From Cercozoa sp. M6MM (Eukaryota > Protista > Endomyxa: Ascetosporea): 64,000 nt of DNA. A program made the translations under genes and the position numbers. Shown here piece after piece: positions 24,201 to 36,707 of this stretch. Under the pieces are notes generated by a model. It was not told where the DNA came from. It worked only from the letters and a program-made list of their open reading frames with translations, and searched no databases. Position 1 is the stretch's first letter, and every line of letters begins with the position of its first letter. The DNA is taken from the NCBI GenBank assembly GCA_040357565.1, contig JBDODJ010000036.1; one strand, written 5' to 3'.

Positions 24201-27200
24201 GCTGCGGCGCCAGAGTCAGCAGACGCAGCCGCGGCTTCTCATACTGTCTCAACAACACACAAGCAACACAAGCTCTAGTTGTTGTTGAGACTGTTGTTGT
24301 TTACTTGATTAAAACAAGAGGTACGAACGGCTGCAGTCGGAAGGAGTTGAATACGTTCGGAACAGTCGGCACCTGTCAGACACATCACAGTTGGGGCAGA
24401 GTCAAGATGCACAGAAAACTCAGAACCTCGCCGTGATTCTCCAGACATCCCGTTGAGCCGTGGCGAGCTGTAGCCACCTCAGTAAGCTAGCTCAGAAACG
24501 TCAACACGCACAGACACAACACTGACCTACCTGGCAGCTGCAGGTGGAACACGAGCTCTAATGGAACGTCATTCACTGCCAAGCACACACATCGCGAAGC
24601 TGAACACCACTCCACACAACTGTACAGTTCTCGAGTACCCAAATCCAGCTTGTACGGCTGGAGGAACGAGTGAATGTCGAACGTCACTTCCGACAGGTAT
24701 CTGCATTGTCAGGGCACACACAAGGCATATCGACAAATTTACCTTCAACAAAACAAGGCCTACTCAATGCCAGTCGCGGAACTCAAGGGACCAAAGGACC
24801 ACCTAAGAAAACACTCATCTCAGTGATCACCACACTTTTGGAAAACGCTATACTGCTCGGGTCCGATCCAGAAATACTTGGCCTCGTCGCTCTGTAAACT
24901 GACATGATAACCGGGAGGAGAAAATACGCTAGATACGACAAAGGCTTGGTACCGGCACATAGGGTGCAGGCGATCCGGTCATGTTGACGTACGTGGGAAT
25001 GAGCATCACACCGGCCAATTCAAACTGTTGCGAAGTAACTGGTTAAAACATACAAGTGGAAAAAGTCACGAGAGAACGCACTTTGTTGCCCCGGCCATCG
25101 GTAGCGTTGCTCTTCTTTGACCAGTCCTACGCACACGGTCCGCGCGGATGCACCGGAAACCAAGGAGGGAGGGATATTCAAAGAGGTACCACAGGAAGGG
25201 CATACGGCAACGAGAGCGTGAGGTTGTTGTGCGAGTCAATGTCGCCGTAGTTCCACACGACGTCAAACATCTGTAGAACCATCCAACATCAGGGATGTCG
25301 CCATCTACCAAAAAAACAATGCAGTGGCAAATACATTCGGCTGCTCCGGTAGCGAGAAGGTCGGTAGCACTGTATTTGACATTTTCGTTGAGTATACATA
25401 CTTCAACGACATCCAGGCGTACCAGTCCCGTTGCACATGTCCTCGCGTGCTCCCGTCACTCTGAAAGCAAGGCAAAAGGTGGTCAGTCCCTAGACAGTCA
25501 AGATAGCAGTACGTGAAGGCAAAGGTACTCATCAGGCCACGTGTAGTCCAGGAGCCACCCGTTGTACGTGCGTAGGAAGCGATCGCTGAGAACCGTCGGT
25601 GTGCACAGATGCGTCTCGCTTTGGTCGTTGGCGAAATTGGGACCGTAGTACCCGAGGCACCTGCGAACACACACACAAGCAGGGTATGCTGGCTTCGACT
25701 GATGGCAGATCACTAAAGGCCAACTTACTCAAGTACAAGTACGCCCAATGGAACGCGGTCCACACCGAGCGACAGTGCCGTCCAACTGTACAGTAGCCGG
25801 GGTCAAAAATAATGATTCTTCTGTCTGACACGAAAGTACGGCAGTGCGCCCAAGGACACAGCATCGTTGTTCGTGCGTAAGTGCTCGCTTTCGTACACCT
25901 ATGGGAGAGGACATATAAGATCGGGTAAAAACGTAGGGGGTAAAGGTGTGCAAACCACTTGCGCAGAATCCACGTTGAGGTTTCGATATTTCAGTCTGAA
26001 GGCGACTTTCATCAGTCGGTCGTTGTCAGGACCCAGAGTGTCCTGCAAAGGAAACACACAGGGAAGGAGTGGTAAGGTAGTCAGGCAGGGAGATCACGAG
26101 GTATGACTGACCGCCCAGTTGATGCCGAGAGCGGCACTGTCGAGTACTGTCGAAGGCAGTCCATGCGCATTAAGAGCAGCCGCTTGCAGCGAGAACTGCA
26201 GTCATGGGGAAGGGGTAAAAGGTTCGAAGGATAAGAGAGGGTAAAAAGGCATACCACAGGACGACCGTGCATGACAACACCGAGCGACTGCGTGGTCTGT
26301 CTGGACCAACAAGAGGCGATTTCGTCGCCTTTGAAGTCGTGGCACGCGCTTTCGTCGGCATCGCGGTACAGGTCCATCTGTATCAACACACATATATAAA
26401 CATATATATATATATATATTTATCCAGCATCTGTATCCACAATACCTATATCTACATTTATACATAGTATATCTTTATACAATATGTATACTTGCGAAAG
26501 GTGTATCGTATACCTTTGTACAATATCTAATATCTTTGTATGCATATATATATATATATATACTACATCTGGACTGAAACAAGAGACAACTGACCGCGCC
26601 AAAGACGAAACGACCCGTCAGCTCGATCGCGTTGCCGTCGCTTGCGAATCGCGCCATCTTGCGCAGTGAGGCATCTGTGCACACTCTCGCCAGTACACTA
26701 ACAAAACATACTCTCGAGAGAAAAGGAGCATACGTGAGAGGTAGACATCGTGTCGGTAGGTCATTTGAGACACGTCAATCACCGCTGGCAGTGAGAAGGT
26801 TTTCTCTGGGTAACCCTCGGTGACGGCCTAAACACAGACGACCGATACGGCCCTTTCCTTGGGATGGGGCACGGTGAGGACATCGTACCTCCCAACGCAC
26901 ATCACCAGGCAGATCAGGGATTCTCGGAGAGCTGCCTTCGTACGGTTGACCTGGCATTCTACGCATGTTGCGCAGCATCACCGCGACACTGAACGTGTCA
27001 AAGGTGCCTGTGCGGTCGGAAGACATAGACCATACATATGTTTAACAAAAAAACTCATTGGACCACGTACCGAACACGTCGATAGGAACCTTGGGCGAGC
27101 TCGCGCTGACTAGGAGGTGTGACGGAGTGAACGGCTCGACTGTGACACTGTATTCGGGCTGTCTGGGTCCCTGAAAGGTCAGTGCGTACGAATCGTCGTC

Positions 27201-27966
27201 TTTCTGTGCATGAACAAGTGTCAAGTGAAAAGAGTTAAATTTTAGTTGTTCAAATTTATTGAAGCTGACTTGGTCGGTACCTTTTTAAACATTGTCGAGA
27301 TTGCAATATCGTTGACATCGTCCAAGATGCAACGTCCAATCACGTGACCCTACACAGGGGTGACACAAGAACAACGTGCACTGGGTACAGACAACAAGAG
27401 GACACTACCTGACTGTCCTGAGGCACAGCGACCTGCCCGGTGTGCGAGACGGGCAGTCGCATCACTCGTCGTCGCATGCGGTGTCGCAGTGCCTGCACGA
27501 GCGAATTAACTTCCCAGTCATTTTCGGCGCGCAGTGCGACCATCTTGCTCAACTGCAGCGAGGCTAAACTGTCGCCGGTAGCGTTCGAGCCACCTGTGTT
27601 GACACATGTCCGTCTAGCTCGGGTGATTGTACACAAACAGATAGAGATGCACAGGTACCCACAAAATAGAGCATCGGCGTGGTCGTGCTGTTGCATTCGA
27701 AGATCTCAGAGCCGTTGATGCTGAGTGAGAAGTTGTTGTGCACCGTGGCTTGATTGTGCAAATACGTGGCCACCATACTGATAAGTTTTTACACATCCAG
27801 ATCGATTATCAAGGGAGAGGGATGGGAGAGCAAAACGAGAGGGAGTACTCGTCCACAGCGGGGTGCTCGTACAGACGCACATTTGAAGTAGTAGGCATGA
27901 CGCTGCTGTAGTGTAGCTGTCCGGACGGACACTGCTGAATCGAAGGGTCTGGGAACGTGACTACTG

Positions 27967-28033
<67 letters not shown>

Positions 28034-28975
28034 AACACACAGTGTAAAGTAAGCAGCTGTACTCTTGTCGAACGTGCGATCCTGGGGCGGACTGCTTGAC
28101 GAAGATATCTGCCACTCGGCATTCTGCCAGTAGTCATACACCTGCCCACAAGACATCAATGCACGAAAAGCAGCAACCAAAGTGGGAAGGAATGCAATGC
28201 ACCTGAGCGTAAGCCTCGACGGCGATGGTGAGTGAGTAGGCGTGCGTCAGAGCGCACAGGTTGAAGTCGACGACGCCGTTGAGTGCGAAGCCGGCCTTGT
28301 GCACGCTCTCAAGACGTGGCAGCAGCAGCCGCATGCGCGTGTTCGCGCTGGAGGAAGGATCTGTCACCTCGAGTTTGTTCGTGACCTGCACAGCAGGGTG
28401 TGCGGTGCAAGAGTACACAAAACAATTGGTCCACTGTACCCAACGCAGGTTCGGAAGGCTGATTTCTTTGTCGTCGTAGTGTGCAGTCAAGCCAGTCTCG
28501 GGAATCTTAATCGTCAGCGTCTCAGCGTGGCGCACATGCTGCATGACCTTGGACACGAATCGCACAGCACTGTCCGTAATATACACATGCCAAAGTACCC
28601 GACACAGATAAACTGGAGCACAGAAGCTTGTTGGCACAAGGGAGAGTCGGCAGCTTGGTTCTCGGGGAACTGAAACACGGCGTCTCCTAGCGACAGCGAC
28701 TTTGGCGTCAGCAGGCTGTGTCATATCCAGCAAACTTAAAGTGTACACAGCTTGAGCATTTATGGATCGCCCCTGGTACCAATCAGCAAAGCTATTGAGA
28801 GCGATGTTTTGCGAGGCCTCGTCGCTATCAAGACCGAGGTGAGCAGTCCATTTCAGGTTTGACACCACGAGGTTTGAATTGCCGAACATGCAGTAGGGAC
28901 TACGTACAGAATGTTTGTGTGTGTGTGTGTGTGCGTGCGTGTGTGTGTGTGTGTGTGTGTGCGTGTGCGTGTGTG

Positions 28976-29057
<82 letters not shown>

Positions 29058-29067
29058 NNNNNNNNNN

Positions 29068-29118
<51 letters not shown>

Positions 29119-30367
29119 CATCCAGGGAATACACCTTTGCCAAACAAGGAACGTACCTGACACCACCACCGGTATTCCGGGGGTATCGGTACTGCTCGAT
29201 ATCTAAGTAGTGGATCGCCTTGAGATTCGGGAATGTCGGCCATGCTGTGACAGAGAGAATCACCAAACGGATGCCATGTGTACAGGAAGGGAACATACGC
29301 GCATCCTGGAGCATGGAACGCTGAGGGCCAAGACTGGGCAGCGAGAACTTGCCCACAATCTCCAGATCGCCCAGCGGTGCCTATAGATCCATGAAAAAGG
29401 CACTGGGTAGGGCATTAGCGGGGAGTGAATAGCTACCGCACCTGAAAAGTCAAGATGTTGCTGCCGATTTCGAGCGACGACGCAACCTTGATCATCGGAA
29501 AGTCCGTCAGCATGACTTGGGTATTCTCGCTGTGTCCACGCACAGAAAGAAATGATACACACAGAAGAGTTATGGGTGGAGAACAGTACGCATTGCTCTT
29601 GACCGAGAAGTCGCCAATGATGCGATGCAGCGACCACCGGCTGTCGCTGTGGGAGAATTGTTTTGCGGATAGATCTGGGCACGAAATAGAGAGAGAGAGA
29701 GAGGGGGGACCTGCGAAAGTTGACGGTCAGCGAGGAGTTGGTTGCACGGACACGAAACGACTTCATACGGCCACAAAACTCAATGTTATTGAGTGGCAGG
29801 ACGCCTCCGGCTTCGATCAGGCTGCACGTCCGTCAGACGTATTAGGTTTTGGGAGGTTTTACTCAACTAAAAATATGTGGTACAGATCAGCATTGAGAAT
29901 GACTTGGCGGTATGAGTTGTAGCTCGACAACTCTGTCAGTTTCACCTGGAGGGACACAAAAACACAAGCATATATGCAAGACGACAACTTGATGAGCACC
30001 ACATACCGATCCGTTTATACAGACTGCGTTGCAGTTGTTTCTGGCGGCAGACTCGATCGTTTCGTGCCATCGCAGCGGGGTGGCATTTGTGCCATCTCCC
30101 TGGATCGCCAAACACAAGTCATAGATGGTCATAGATGTGCCGGACTCAGTTACAGACAGATCAGCACACCTCGAACGTGCAGTCAGCACTGCAGTTCTGA
30201 GGGCATCCAGCACGTGCGGCGACGAACAACGCTGCCAGTACGGCGACTGTCCACAAAATACGCACAACATGAGCATCTGTCTGATGCACGATCGCTTCTT
30301 GTTTGATCTTCTTGATCAGAAATCGCGTGACACTGCTCGATGCTTCTTTTGTACCAAACCAGATCAT
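17538..30367 (-). CDS. Very large multi-exon surface/receptor-like protein: signal peptide, L-domain/LRR-like repeats, Cys-rich ephrin-receptor-like (CxxC) repeats, multi-pass TM domain. Could be two genes.
   Basis: N-terminus RILWTVAVLAALFVAARA-GCPQNC. LPSL/FPNL/LPNL/LPRL repeats at 28.2-29.5 kb. CNPCSAGQY, CQLCPPGALC, NRKAASENPLCGVCLDEYYEWGGSCIKC at 20.3-21.2 kb. TM region RIMLYYVQ, YPSMDC, GLGIPLYLF, IGVLTEVYRPRMYFWEVVVLLRR. Cytosolic tail ends at 17538. Confidence 0.6.
18240..18435. repeat. Degenerate (TA)n-derived AT-rich intronic tract
   Basis: About 195 nt almost purely A/T inside an intron of the large TM gene. Confidence 0.85.
28911..29114. repeat. Intronic (GT)n microsatellite containing an assembly gap; representative of many (CA/GT)n tracts
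   Basis: Similar tracts at 3041, 5114, 14637, 27969, 31445, 40563, 41133, 47315, 49919 and 57787. Confidence 0.95.
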
Positions 30368-31162
30368 CCCCGCGGCCCTGCAATCCCAGTGGCCTATACT
30401 TCAGTCGATTGATACGCCACTGTCGATCTGATACGCCTGCAGCTTTCAATAAGAAATAATTATAGGGGGGAGCGACGTCAAACACTGTTGAAGAAACATA
30501 AAAACCGTATAGGGAGCAGTGTGACGCTCCAACCTGTTCTTGCATGTGCGCTTAAAGTTTTGGTGGCAATCTAGCAATTGAGCACGTGTATCTTAACGAT
30601 CACTGCAAGGATTTGGCACTTCTTTATCTGCTAGAAGTGAGTAAATGCGTGTGCGCTTCGTGGACTGGACACAGGTGGCCACAGTGCACTGGAACGTCAC
30701 CCCTGGAGAGGTATTGATCTCTATCTGGGCGGGACTTGAGTTAATCACGCTGAAACACTCGTAGGTGTGCGGCATCTGTCAAGCCTCGTTCGAGGAGTCA
30801 AAGCAGCACGAGGTGCCTCTGTGGGGCAAGTGCTCGCACGTGTATCACCAGCACTGTATCAATCAGTGGCTGTCACAGGTGTCCTTCCACCTTTCGGCTG
30901 TGTTGCAACGTTCGGTGTGAGTTGTCCGCGTGTGTGGCACTGGACAGAAGATGGAGCGTGGACAGCCCGGTACATGCCCAATGTGCCGGCAGATGTGGCG
31001 TCAGGCAACACCGCCCGAGTCGCCCTTTACGCAACGAGAACGGCGGGCGCAACAGCAGCAGTCGTAGCCAGTTGTTTCTCAGTTTCGTTTCTTTTAAATC
31101 TAACGTGTAATTCTCACGAACGTCATTCGAGTCGAGTCAAGTCATCACAGGGTCCAATTGGT

Positions 31163-31437
31163 CTACTCGGCGCCCGACTGGGCGGCCACTTCGGCGAGTT
31201 TCTTGGCACGCCGCTCGCGCGATCGCTGCACCTGCTCGGCGCGACGTCTCCTGTGCAACAGGCACACACATCATCGACAGAGAGACAGAAGGCTATGTCA
31301 GGGGAGCGCCAGGATCAGAGACAACAGTCGGTACCAGTAGTCGATCTCGTCGAGCGAGGCGTAGAACGGCGTGGTCACCTCGGACTTCCAGAAGTGGTAC
31401 CTGCGAGTACATGTGTGTGTGTATGTGTGTGTATGTA

Positions 31438-31484
<47 letters not shown>

Positions 31485-31553
31485 CCACAGACATGCGGTG
31501 TACCACTTAATTCGAGCGTTATCGAACCAGAGTTTCTTGAGGTCTAAACAAGC

Positions 31554-31584
<31 letters not shown>

Positions 31585-33389
31585 ACATGGAGAAATATAC
31601 CAGTCAGTGACACGGACTCGGGCTCGCCCAGGGCAGCAAAGTACTCCCTGGCCTAAGGGACGAATGGGAAGTAACGGGGGGTACAGGCAGAGAGTGCATA
31701 GCCTACCAAGTCGTTGCCAGTGACACGCGAATATCGTGGTGGCAAATACGCATCCCTGGGGGGTAAGACGAGGGGTAGACAGGGGTATAGGGGTAAAGGG
31801 GAGGGAGTAAAGGGGTAAGAACCCACACACCGGTGTGTCATGGCGGCGGCACGGAAGTGTCCGAGTCGCAGCAGGTCGTCCAAAAACTCAGCCAGGGTCT
31901 CACGCGACATGCTGCTCCGACCGAAGGCATCCCACGCCAGGTCGATACGGCGCATATGCGCCAACAACTGCGCCGAGATACAGGGGGAGGGGGTAAAGGT
32001 GGGGATACAAGGTAAAGGTGGGAGGGGGCAAGAACGACCTTGGTGAGCTGTTCCCTCTCCTCGTCGGAGGAGACCTCGCCGAGGTCAAAGGCGGCACTGG
32101 CCTCCTCGAGAGTGTCATCGACACTGGCCGCATCCAGCAGCGACAGAGCGACCTGGACGTCGCGCTCGTGCAGCTGCACCTGGCCGTGGTGCGGTTGTGC
32201 TACAGGGGGGTAAAGGGGGTAAGGAGTAAGGGTAAGGGGGAAGAGGTGGAAGGGATAAGGGGTAGGAAGAGGGGAAGAGGGGGTGAGGGGGTAACAGGGA
32301 GTAACAGGGGGAGGGGGTAAAACGACACCTCTCGCCTTGGTGAAGAGCGTAAGCGTTTCCCATTCGTTCCACGGACGCACCAGTTCCTCCTGCCGATTGG
32401 CCCACTCGCCCTGGCAGCAAGGGCAGGGGGTAAAGAGGGGGTAAAGAGGGGGTAAAGAGGGGGGTAAACAGGGGGGTAAACAGGGGGGTAAACAGGGGGT
32501 AAGGGGGAAAGACACAAAAGGCACCGGCTGATACAAGAGCAGCGACTCGTCGGAATTGACGAACTTTTTGGGACGCCCGCTGGCGATGGCAAGATCCTCC
32601 TTGCTCACCAGGAACTCGCTACACCCCACAGTACCACCTGAGTCACAGGTCTTTCCCCTTAGGCAGCACCTCCGCGCGGACAGAACGAACAAACCTGTTA
32701 GCCGGCCGGCGGGCGCGCAAGCCGCGCAGTGTGGTACACAGCTGTAGTCCCAGTAGATCCACCTGTGCCGTGTCTACATTGAGGGAAGGTAAGAGGGGGT
32801 AAGAGGGGGTAAGAGGGGGATAAGAGGGGGAAGAGGGGGTAAAACCGCCTACCCTTGGCAGCAGCAGCCAGTTCGCGCAGCTCCAGCGGCGTCAGCCACG
32901 AGGCCGCCACGAGGTCGTTGATATCGGCGCGCTGCGCGCCCTGTCGACATGGGGTAAACGGGGTCAGGGGTAAAGGGGGCCAGGGGTAAAGGGTAAGGGG
33001 TAAAGGGTAAGGGGTAAAGGAGTAAAGTGGTAAAGGGCTAAAAGCGGTTAAGACTGCAATAGACAGCACATACCAGCGACTCAGCAGCCGCATCTTCTGC
33101 GTCATCTTCGACACTGCGATCCTGCCCATACCTCATTTACCCACACCCCACGACCGCGGGGGGGGGGGGTACCCAGAAGAAGTACACGACACTGCCGACA
33201 ATGAGCGGGATCCACGGCACTTTTATCTATCAGAACAAGAGCGTGCCTTCCATTCAGTCAAACCACAGAGGTACAGAAGGGAGCAAAGTATACGCGCGAG
33301 GATTTCTCGACACCAGCTTCGGCCGCCGGCGCCGCCTGGCTCTGCATTCGCCTCGCGCGCGACAACAAAACACGTCGAGCATGCATCAT
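31163..33389 (-). CDS. Orphan protein with mitochondrial-type presequence and one N-proximal TM segment
   Basis: MMHARRVLLSRARRMQSQAAP, then IKVPWIPLIVGSVVYFFW. About 11 phase-compatible exons ending LAEVAAQSGAE-TAG at 31163. Confidence 0.7.
32420..32510. repeat. Intronic G-rich minisatellite, GGGGG(G)TAAA(G/C)A units; representative of many such tracts
   Basis: About 7 tandem 11-12 nt units. Related tracts at 20690-20800, 32785-32845, 32950-33045, and in the complementary orientation at 63405-63510 and 63940-64000. Confidence 0.9.
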
Positions 33390-33598
33390 AGGCTGTCACA
33401 CACGATTAGCACACTGTGGCACACTCGTAGACGCTTTTATGGCTTTGAATATTGCACCTTTAAATGGGCTGATTTTTTTAATTTCACACGAGTGCCCGCC
33501 AGCTAACAGAGCAGCGAGCAGGCGCACACGTGTCAAAGCAGTGGGTAGTGACTGCTGCGCAGTACGACATATCGCGAGAAAACACGGAGCGACAGAAA
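33390..33598. promoter_or_regulatory. Compact bidirectional promoter (mitochondrial orphan / WDR12)
   Basis: About 210 bp between divergent start codons; shares GCACCTTTAAA and CCCGCCAG with the DLST/ZMAT2 promoter. Confidence 0.6.
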
Positions 33599-34191
33599 AT
33601 GTCGATGTCGGATGAGGAGTTTGAGGTGCTCGCCTCGGACGATGAGCCGCTTGCCGAGTTCGCCGGCAACGGTAGTTTCTTCTTCTTGCCGTGTCGTTGT
33701 ATTGGTGTACACGCATGCCTTTGCTTTGCAGGTGACACCGTGGCCGTGAGTTTCGTGAGTGGACTGCGCGACCCTGCACTCGTCGTTGACTCGGGCGCAG
33801 TCTCGGTACAGCCGTGTTTCGTGTGCACGTCACACTAGAAGTATAGTGTGAGCGATGAGACGAGTGTTAACAGGTGCCGGACTCGCTGAACCGTGCTGGA
33901 CTGAGCGCGATTGTCAACCAGCTCTTGGACGAGAAAGTCGATCACTGTACATATGATATGTCTGTCGTGTATCTGCACATCTGTATGTTTGTGTCAATGT
34001 GTCTGCAGATGAAAAGATGCCGCTCGATATTGTTGTGGCGGGTCGTTTGCTGCGTTCCTCGCTGTCTCATCACTGCTTGAAGCACCAGGTANNNNNNNNN
34101 NNNNNNNNNNNNNNNNNNNNNNNNNNNNNNNNNNNNNNNNNNNNNNNNNNNNNNNNNNNNNNNNNNNNNNNNNNNNNNNNNNNNNNNNNNN

Positions 34192-34238
<47 letters not shown>

Positions 34239-36173
34239 TGTGTGTGTGTGTGTATTGTGTGTTTACGTATATTATGATGAATGGACAGGTCAGCCGCGAG
34301 CGCGTGCTGCAGGTCAAGTACGTTGCATTGGCGCCTGCACCGTCGCCCGAGCCGTCGCTGCCGCAGCCTGACTGGTACCTAGCATGTTGCCTGTTTTGTG
34401 TAGATGTCTGTAGGAAGTAGACAGTGATTTGTAGACACTGTAGTATGTATACAGTGGGTCTGTGTGTTTTCAGGGTGAGTGCCATCAGCGTGTCGCATGA
34501 CGTAGTACTCACAGGTGCCTACGATGGCACGGTGCGACTGCACCAGTCGACGCAGCAAGTGCAGCACAAGGCGCACCGACGTGCTATCAAGGACAGTGTG
34601 TCTGCTTTCGTATGTCCTGTGTCTCGCTCCCTCAGTACATCTCTGTGTTGCAGTGGCGTGCTTCAAGAGGAAGACTGCGGCCGAAGCTCTCGACTTTGCC
34701 ACGGTTGGCAAGGACCGTGTGGCACGAGTGTGGCGGTAACACCTGTCACGACTTTTGTGTTTTGATCTCATGTTTGTATCCCCTAGACTGCAAGACAACA
34801 AGATCAGCGAACTGGCCTCTGTGATCGATACGCGCGGTTCGCTCGAGTGCGTTGCCACGGCGCCGCGTGCTTCCAAGCGGTAGCTTTAACCTTCTGTACT
34901 TCCTGCACATTACCAGACATGTTTGTGGACAGTCTCTTTGCCGTCGGCGGTTTCTCGAATGCGATCACGGTGGCTGTTGTCACTGAGGGTATGTGTGCCA
35001 CATGCATACATATATATATATATATATATATCTGTGTGTGTGTGTGTGTACGACCGCACAACAGGCGAGTCGGTCAAGGAGGGCGACGTGCGCAGCGAGA
35101 ACGCCAAGCTGCGCCACGAGCTCTCCGGTCACTCGGCTGAGGTGCACTTGTCATACCCATTATACCTGTGGATGTGTATGTATGTATGCATGTGTGTCTG
35201 AATGTACGTGTGTTGTATATATGTATGTACGTATGTATGTATGTATCTGTGTGGATCCAGGTGACGTCACTGTGCTGGCCTGATGAACTGGCACTGTACT
35301 CGGCGTCAGCGGATCACTCGGTACTGACGTCGGTCGTTTGTGTTGCGAGTTGGTTTGTATCTGTCCATCAAGGTCTTGATGGCTTCAGGTCCGTCTGTGG
35401 GACCCGCGCCACGGCATGTCGTCGCGCACCTGGCACTGCAGTCGCGCCGTCAACGCGCTCGACTTCAACGCACGTGCCTCGCTGCTCGCCACGGCACACA
35501 ACGACGGCGTTCGTGTCTGGGTACACGCCCTTTCTCCCGTGTGTTTAAGCGTCCTTGTGTACGCTCCGTGTGCCACAGGACGCACGCGCACACGAGGCAG
35601 GCGACGTTGCCCAGGTCACTCTGCGACACAGCCAGTCACAGTGGTACCTCCCTTCCTGTGTATGTCTATGTACGGTCCATGTACGCTATATTCGAGCTGC
35701 GACGATGGCAGGACAAGTGCCGTGTCATGGGCGCCTGCCTCACAGAGCGAGTACCTGCTTGCCTCCTGCTCCTACGCCGGTACTCGACATCTGTGTGTGT
35801 GTGTGTGTGTGTGTCTGTGTGTCTGTGTGTCTGTGTGTCTGTGTGTCTGTGTGTCTGTGTGTCTGTGTGTCTGTGTGTCTGTGTGTCTGTGTCTGTGTCT
35901 TGTTTTTGTGCGTCTGTCTACAACGGCGTGTGTTGTGTAGGTGACGTCAAGGTGTGGGACGTGCGCACCACGGTGCCGCTGCACTCGCTGAAGGCGCACG
36001 ACGACAAAGCGCTCTGCCTCGTTTGGCACTCCTCGGCCCTGTACTCGGTACGTTTACAATGGATGGCCCTGTCTTTGTCGTTGTGTCTCTCTGTGTGAGG
36101 TTCTGTGTTTTGCTTGTCGCAGGGAGGTGCCGACAAGCAGCTCTGCAGACACCGATTCGCTGAGGCCAAGTAG
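33599..36173 (+). CDS. WDR12: Ribosome biogenesis protein WDR12/Ytm1 (NLE domain plus WD40 repeats)
   Basis: NLE-like VPDSLNRAGLSAIVNQLL...MPLDIVVAGRLLRSSL...ERVLQVKYV, PQPDWVSAI, LTGAYDGTVRL, LSGHSAEV, LYSASADHSVRLWD, GDVKVWDVRTTVPLHSLKAHDDKALC, GGADKQL; TAG at 36171-36173. Confidence 0.9.
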
Positions 36174-36254
36174 ATTAAAACTGAACGTAAAACTGCCGTC
36201 CCAGCTTGCCCTGGCATTGCCGCGGAGTTAGCTTTAAAGTGAAATTCCGTTCCA

Positions 36255-36318
36255 CCAGTTAGTTGGTTCAGTCTACTGCTAGTACGCTAAGAAACCAACT
36301 ATGAAGTTTCCCTGCACC
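36255..36318. repeat. Dispersed intergenic element, copy B, with TAGTTGGTT/AACCAACTA inverted arms
   Basis: Aligns with 8716-8768; lies between the convergent WDR12 and DLST 3' ends. Confidence 0.8.
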
Positions 36319-36707
36319 GTCGGTGTCTGTGTTGGCCTGCTTGTTTGGTACTACGTACAGTCTGTCGATACTACTGACACCGTAATAGCTGCAGTATTAA
36401 AACGCATCGAGCGGAAAGTGACTCAGTCTCCGCGGGGATGAACCCAGGCTGACCAGTTGGTCACCATAGAATGCATAGAGCTGCCTGGCTGAGAGCCTCT
36501 GCCAGTTGGCAAAAGAGAAAAACCCCACCTACTTGACCAGTTTCGTTGGATTCTTTCACTGACAAACGTCAGTAACAATAAGCAGGATAGTCACTGAAGT
36601 TTTGAATCGATCACGAATCGAATTAGTCTCGTCCATTGCAACTGCGCTAGCGCCCACTAGTGCATTAGCAGTTATGCAAAGACATGGCCTGGTGTCTTGC
36701 GTGTCGC

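Noticed and set aside
34092-34191. N runs at 29058-29067, 34092-34191, 41196-41205, 49819-49918 and 57849-57948
   Set aside because: Fixed-size 10 or 100 nt scaffold gaps next to microsatellites; assembly artefacts.
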